A DNA stretch of 64,000 nucleotides, taken from assembly GCF_003704095.1 (NCBI RefSeq), contig NW_020847607.1, positions 248,001 to 312,000 on the forward strand, written 5' to 3'. This stretch comes from Pocillopora damicornis (taxonomy: Eukaryota). The position numbers and the translations under genes were made by a program. Shown here in pieces: positions 61,406 to 64,000 of this stretch. How positions within the stretch are numbered: the stretch's first letter is position 1; each line of letters begins with the position of its first letter. The notes under the pieces are model-generated. The model was not told the DNA's origin and made no database searches. It was given only the letters and a program-made list of their open reading frames with translations.

Positions 61406-64000
61406 AAGAAGGAGAAAATTGGAAAATAAAACTACACCAGGTAAAATATGTCTTGTAAGAATGTGTCTAATGAAGGGTTGATTTAAGTGATAACCTTCAA
61501 CAGTAGAGGACATTTTCTATATGTACATGGCCTCTTCTAAACTAAGCGATGCGGTAACATTATCTTCTGTTTGGCGTGCTGAGATGAAGCTGTTAAATCC
61601 CTGGTTATTTATCACCAACTTGTCATGCACAGAAGGGGGGCCTACTAATAATTGAACAAGGTGTGTTTTGCCTTTGAAATGTGTGAGCCATCTGAAACTG
61701 TGTCATGTGTTAGAATGATCTACCTCTGTTACCAACTACACTTTTTAAGTTTAACCTTTCACTAAAACTTGAGTTACTTGGTCTGTTCTGTTGCCAATTG
61801 ATCCTTGATTTCCCCTTAATTTAGAACCTTTGGTCATTGATGGAAGGGTCAAAATTTGGTGTGTATCTTACAATATAGAATTCAAAGACAAAAATTAGTT
61901 ACTAGAGTTATGCTGTGTTCCCCTTTTCACGAGGTAGCTGGTAAAAACTGTTGCTTTTAGTACCTTTCAACAGGTAAAAGGATTGTTCTACCAATTTGAA
62001 AATTTCTTTTACATCTTGTGCTTACAATAAGGGAGAACACTGGGTATGTAAACAACAAAGTAATGAAAACTGTTTCTTTTTTTTTTTATTTTTTCTCACA
62101 GCAAGGGTCAAAGATGTTCTTAGACACCAAAAGTGGACAACAGAATTCATAGAGTTTTAAGTGAATCCAATACAGTTATTGTTCACAGCGCAATTGTGAC
62201 TTGTATATTTAAATTAATGCAGCAATATTTCTGGATAATGAAGAAAAAAAAGGATTGTTTTACTGTGAAGACTTTTTTTTAATGAATGATCTTAAAGTTG
62301 TAGATACTGCGGAATGATTTAACATTAAATAGAAGGATGCCATTGATAAAGAAGAAGAAGGAAAAGAAAAAGAATACATTTTAAAATGTCTTATTGATAT
62401 TGTCCACTGATATTCCTCTGAAAATTATGTGTCAGATGCTAGATTTAAAGTTTATTGTTCTTTGGTGATACAGTTTGTTGTCATTGTGCATCAATCAATT
62501 GGAAGCTTCAACATTTCCCCCCCCCTCCCCTGGTCTGGGAATTTTATATTTTGAAGATGGGTTTGTTCAAATTCTGCCCATCAAGAAAAAATTTTGTTCA
62601 AATACCCATACAAATTTTTTAAAGGCAAAATCAGCTACTGTAATGCTTTACAAATTGACCAAGCTCCAAAACCTTTTCTTCTGAGCTGTTTTCTCATGAA
62701 AGTGGGCTATTTACCCTAATTAGCCTGCTATATTGAACCACTAACACTTGCATTCCACCAACAAGACCCATCTCTTCTAGTTCAAATTTCTTACCCCAGC
62801 CAGGCAAGGTTCAAATTCTTTACCCACCCCCCTCCCCCTGGCATGGATGATGGTCAGGTCTGTATGGGAAGGGGGGGAAGGGAGTTGTTGAAGCTTCAAT
62901 TTGATGGATGCATCAGTAAGTCAACCTTGTAACTCCTAAGATGTTACTTTTCGTAATCCTCCTATTGAGTTCCATACATACCCTTGTAAATTAGAATGGA
63001 GAATTTGGTGTTACATCAAGGCGACACCCTCAAGCTGATAAGCTTGTAAAGAGAAATTACGTGTCAAATACTTCAAAGGATTTAAGCATGAGATTTTATG
63101 GCAACAGTAAATGGCAAATATGAACTCCCAGCAGACATCTCTTGTTCCAGTTGATCCAAATATATATTTTATGCACTAAAAGGGTTGAAAGTCAGTGATA
63201 GGTAGTTAAATTTTTTGTCACATCACATGGATGTCATGCATAACTTTTTTACTTTCAAGGAAACTGCATAGGATGAGCAAAAAAAGATTCAAGACAAAGA
63301 ACTTGGCTTTAGTGAATTCATTTCCTGTACCTTGGTGTTATTGCAAAATATAACTATTGATATGAAACATCTTCAAATGACCAAAGAAGTTTACTAAAAA
63401 CTGAAAAGACTGATTTGTTACCCTGAAATTATGACCATGTTGAATTTCTAAAGGATAACAGATTAGCCTCATAGTAATCCCTATATTTTTCAACTGTTTA
63501 CGATGATATAAGTTAATTATTAATAAGACATAATAATTATTAACTCATTATTAATGGTATGGCTTTTGTCAAAGACTTTATTAATCTCCCTTTTTTTTTA
63601 ATGAAAAGATTGCCGGGAAGAAAGGATTGATTGATCAGGAAGAGGTCATGATTTAATGTTATTCCTTGAGGGAAATTAATAGTAAAATTTCCCATGGGAT
63701 ATATTGTAAAGAATTTGGATTGTAATGTACTTTTAAAGAGCATGATTTACAACAACAAATCAAAGAACAGATTTTTTTCCTACTTATTGCAGAAATTGAG
63801 ATTGTCAGATTGTTAAGCAGGCTATGGTTTTTAGGGTTTTGCCTAAAGGCACAGCAGCCTTTTATTCCATTGGCAGCCTCGTAAAGAAAACGTCATTGAA
63901 ACTCCTAAGTTAAGAGGAACCAGTCATAGTTCAGGAAAGTGTGTCGACAACTGACCCCTTTAAAAAGAAAATAGACTTCTATCAACTACTTTCTCATGTG

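Overview
Eukaryotic, intron-rich, AT-rich genomic DNA. The gene content and dispersed repeat families suggest a cnidarian, probably a stony coral (inference). Genes reconstructed by hand from GT-AG junctions and reading-frame phase, left to right: (1) 5' exons of an unidentified signal-peptide protein on the minus strand (running off the left edge); (2) a complete 6-exon TGF-beta type II receptor (TGFBR2-like, minus, 3215-9320); (3) a complete 6-exon activin type II receptor (ACVR2-like, plus, 19917-31282), head-to-head with the first receptor and with the same intron phases; (4) two diverged copies of a secreted DNase I carrying an unrecognised ~155-aa C-terminal extension (34753-47139), fragmented by four 100-N gaps with identical 53-bp contig ends, one contig probably inverted; (5) a complete 9-exon GULP1/CED-6 PTB adaptor (plus, 54254-61405). 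Non-coding highlights: an LTR-like segment between the two receptors with two perfect heat-shock elements and a consensus Nrf2/NF-E2 ARE; two inverted, homologous arrays of a 20-bp palindromic unit 40 kb apart; nested MITEs with recoverable target-site duplications; a fold-back tRNA-SINE with a 15-bp TSD. No database searches were run; family calls rest on motifs recognised by eye.
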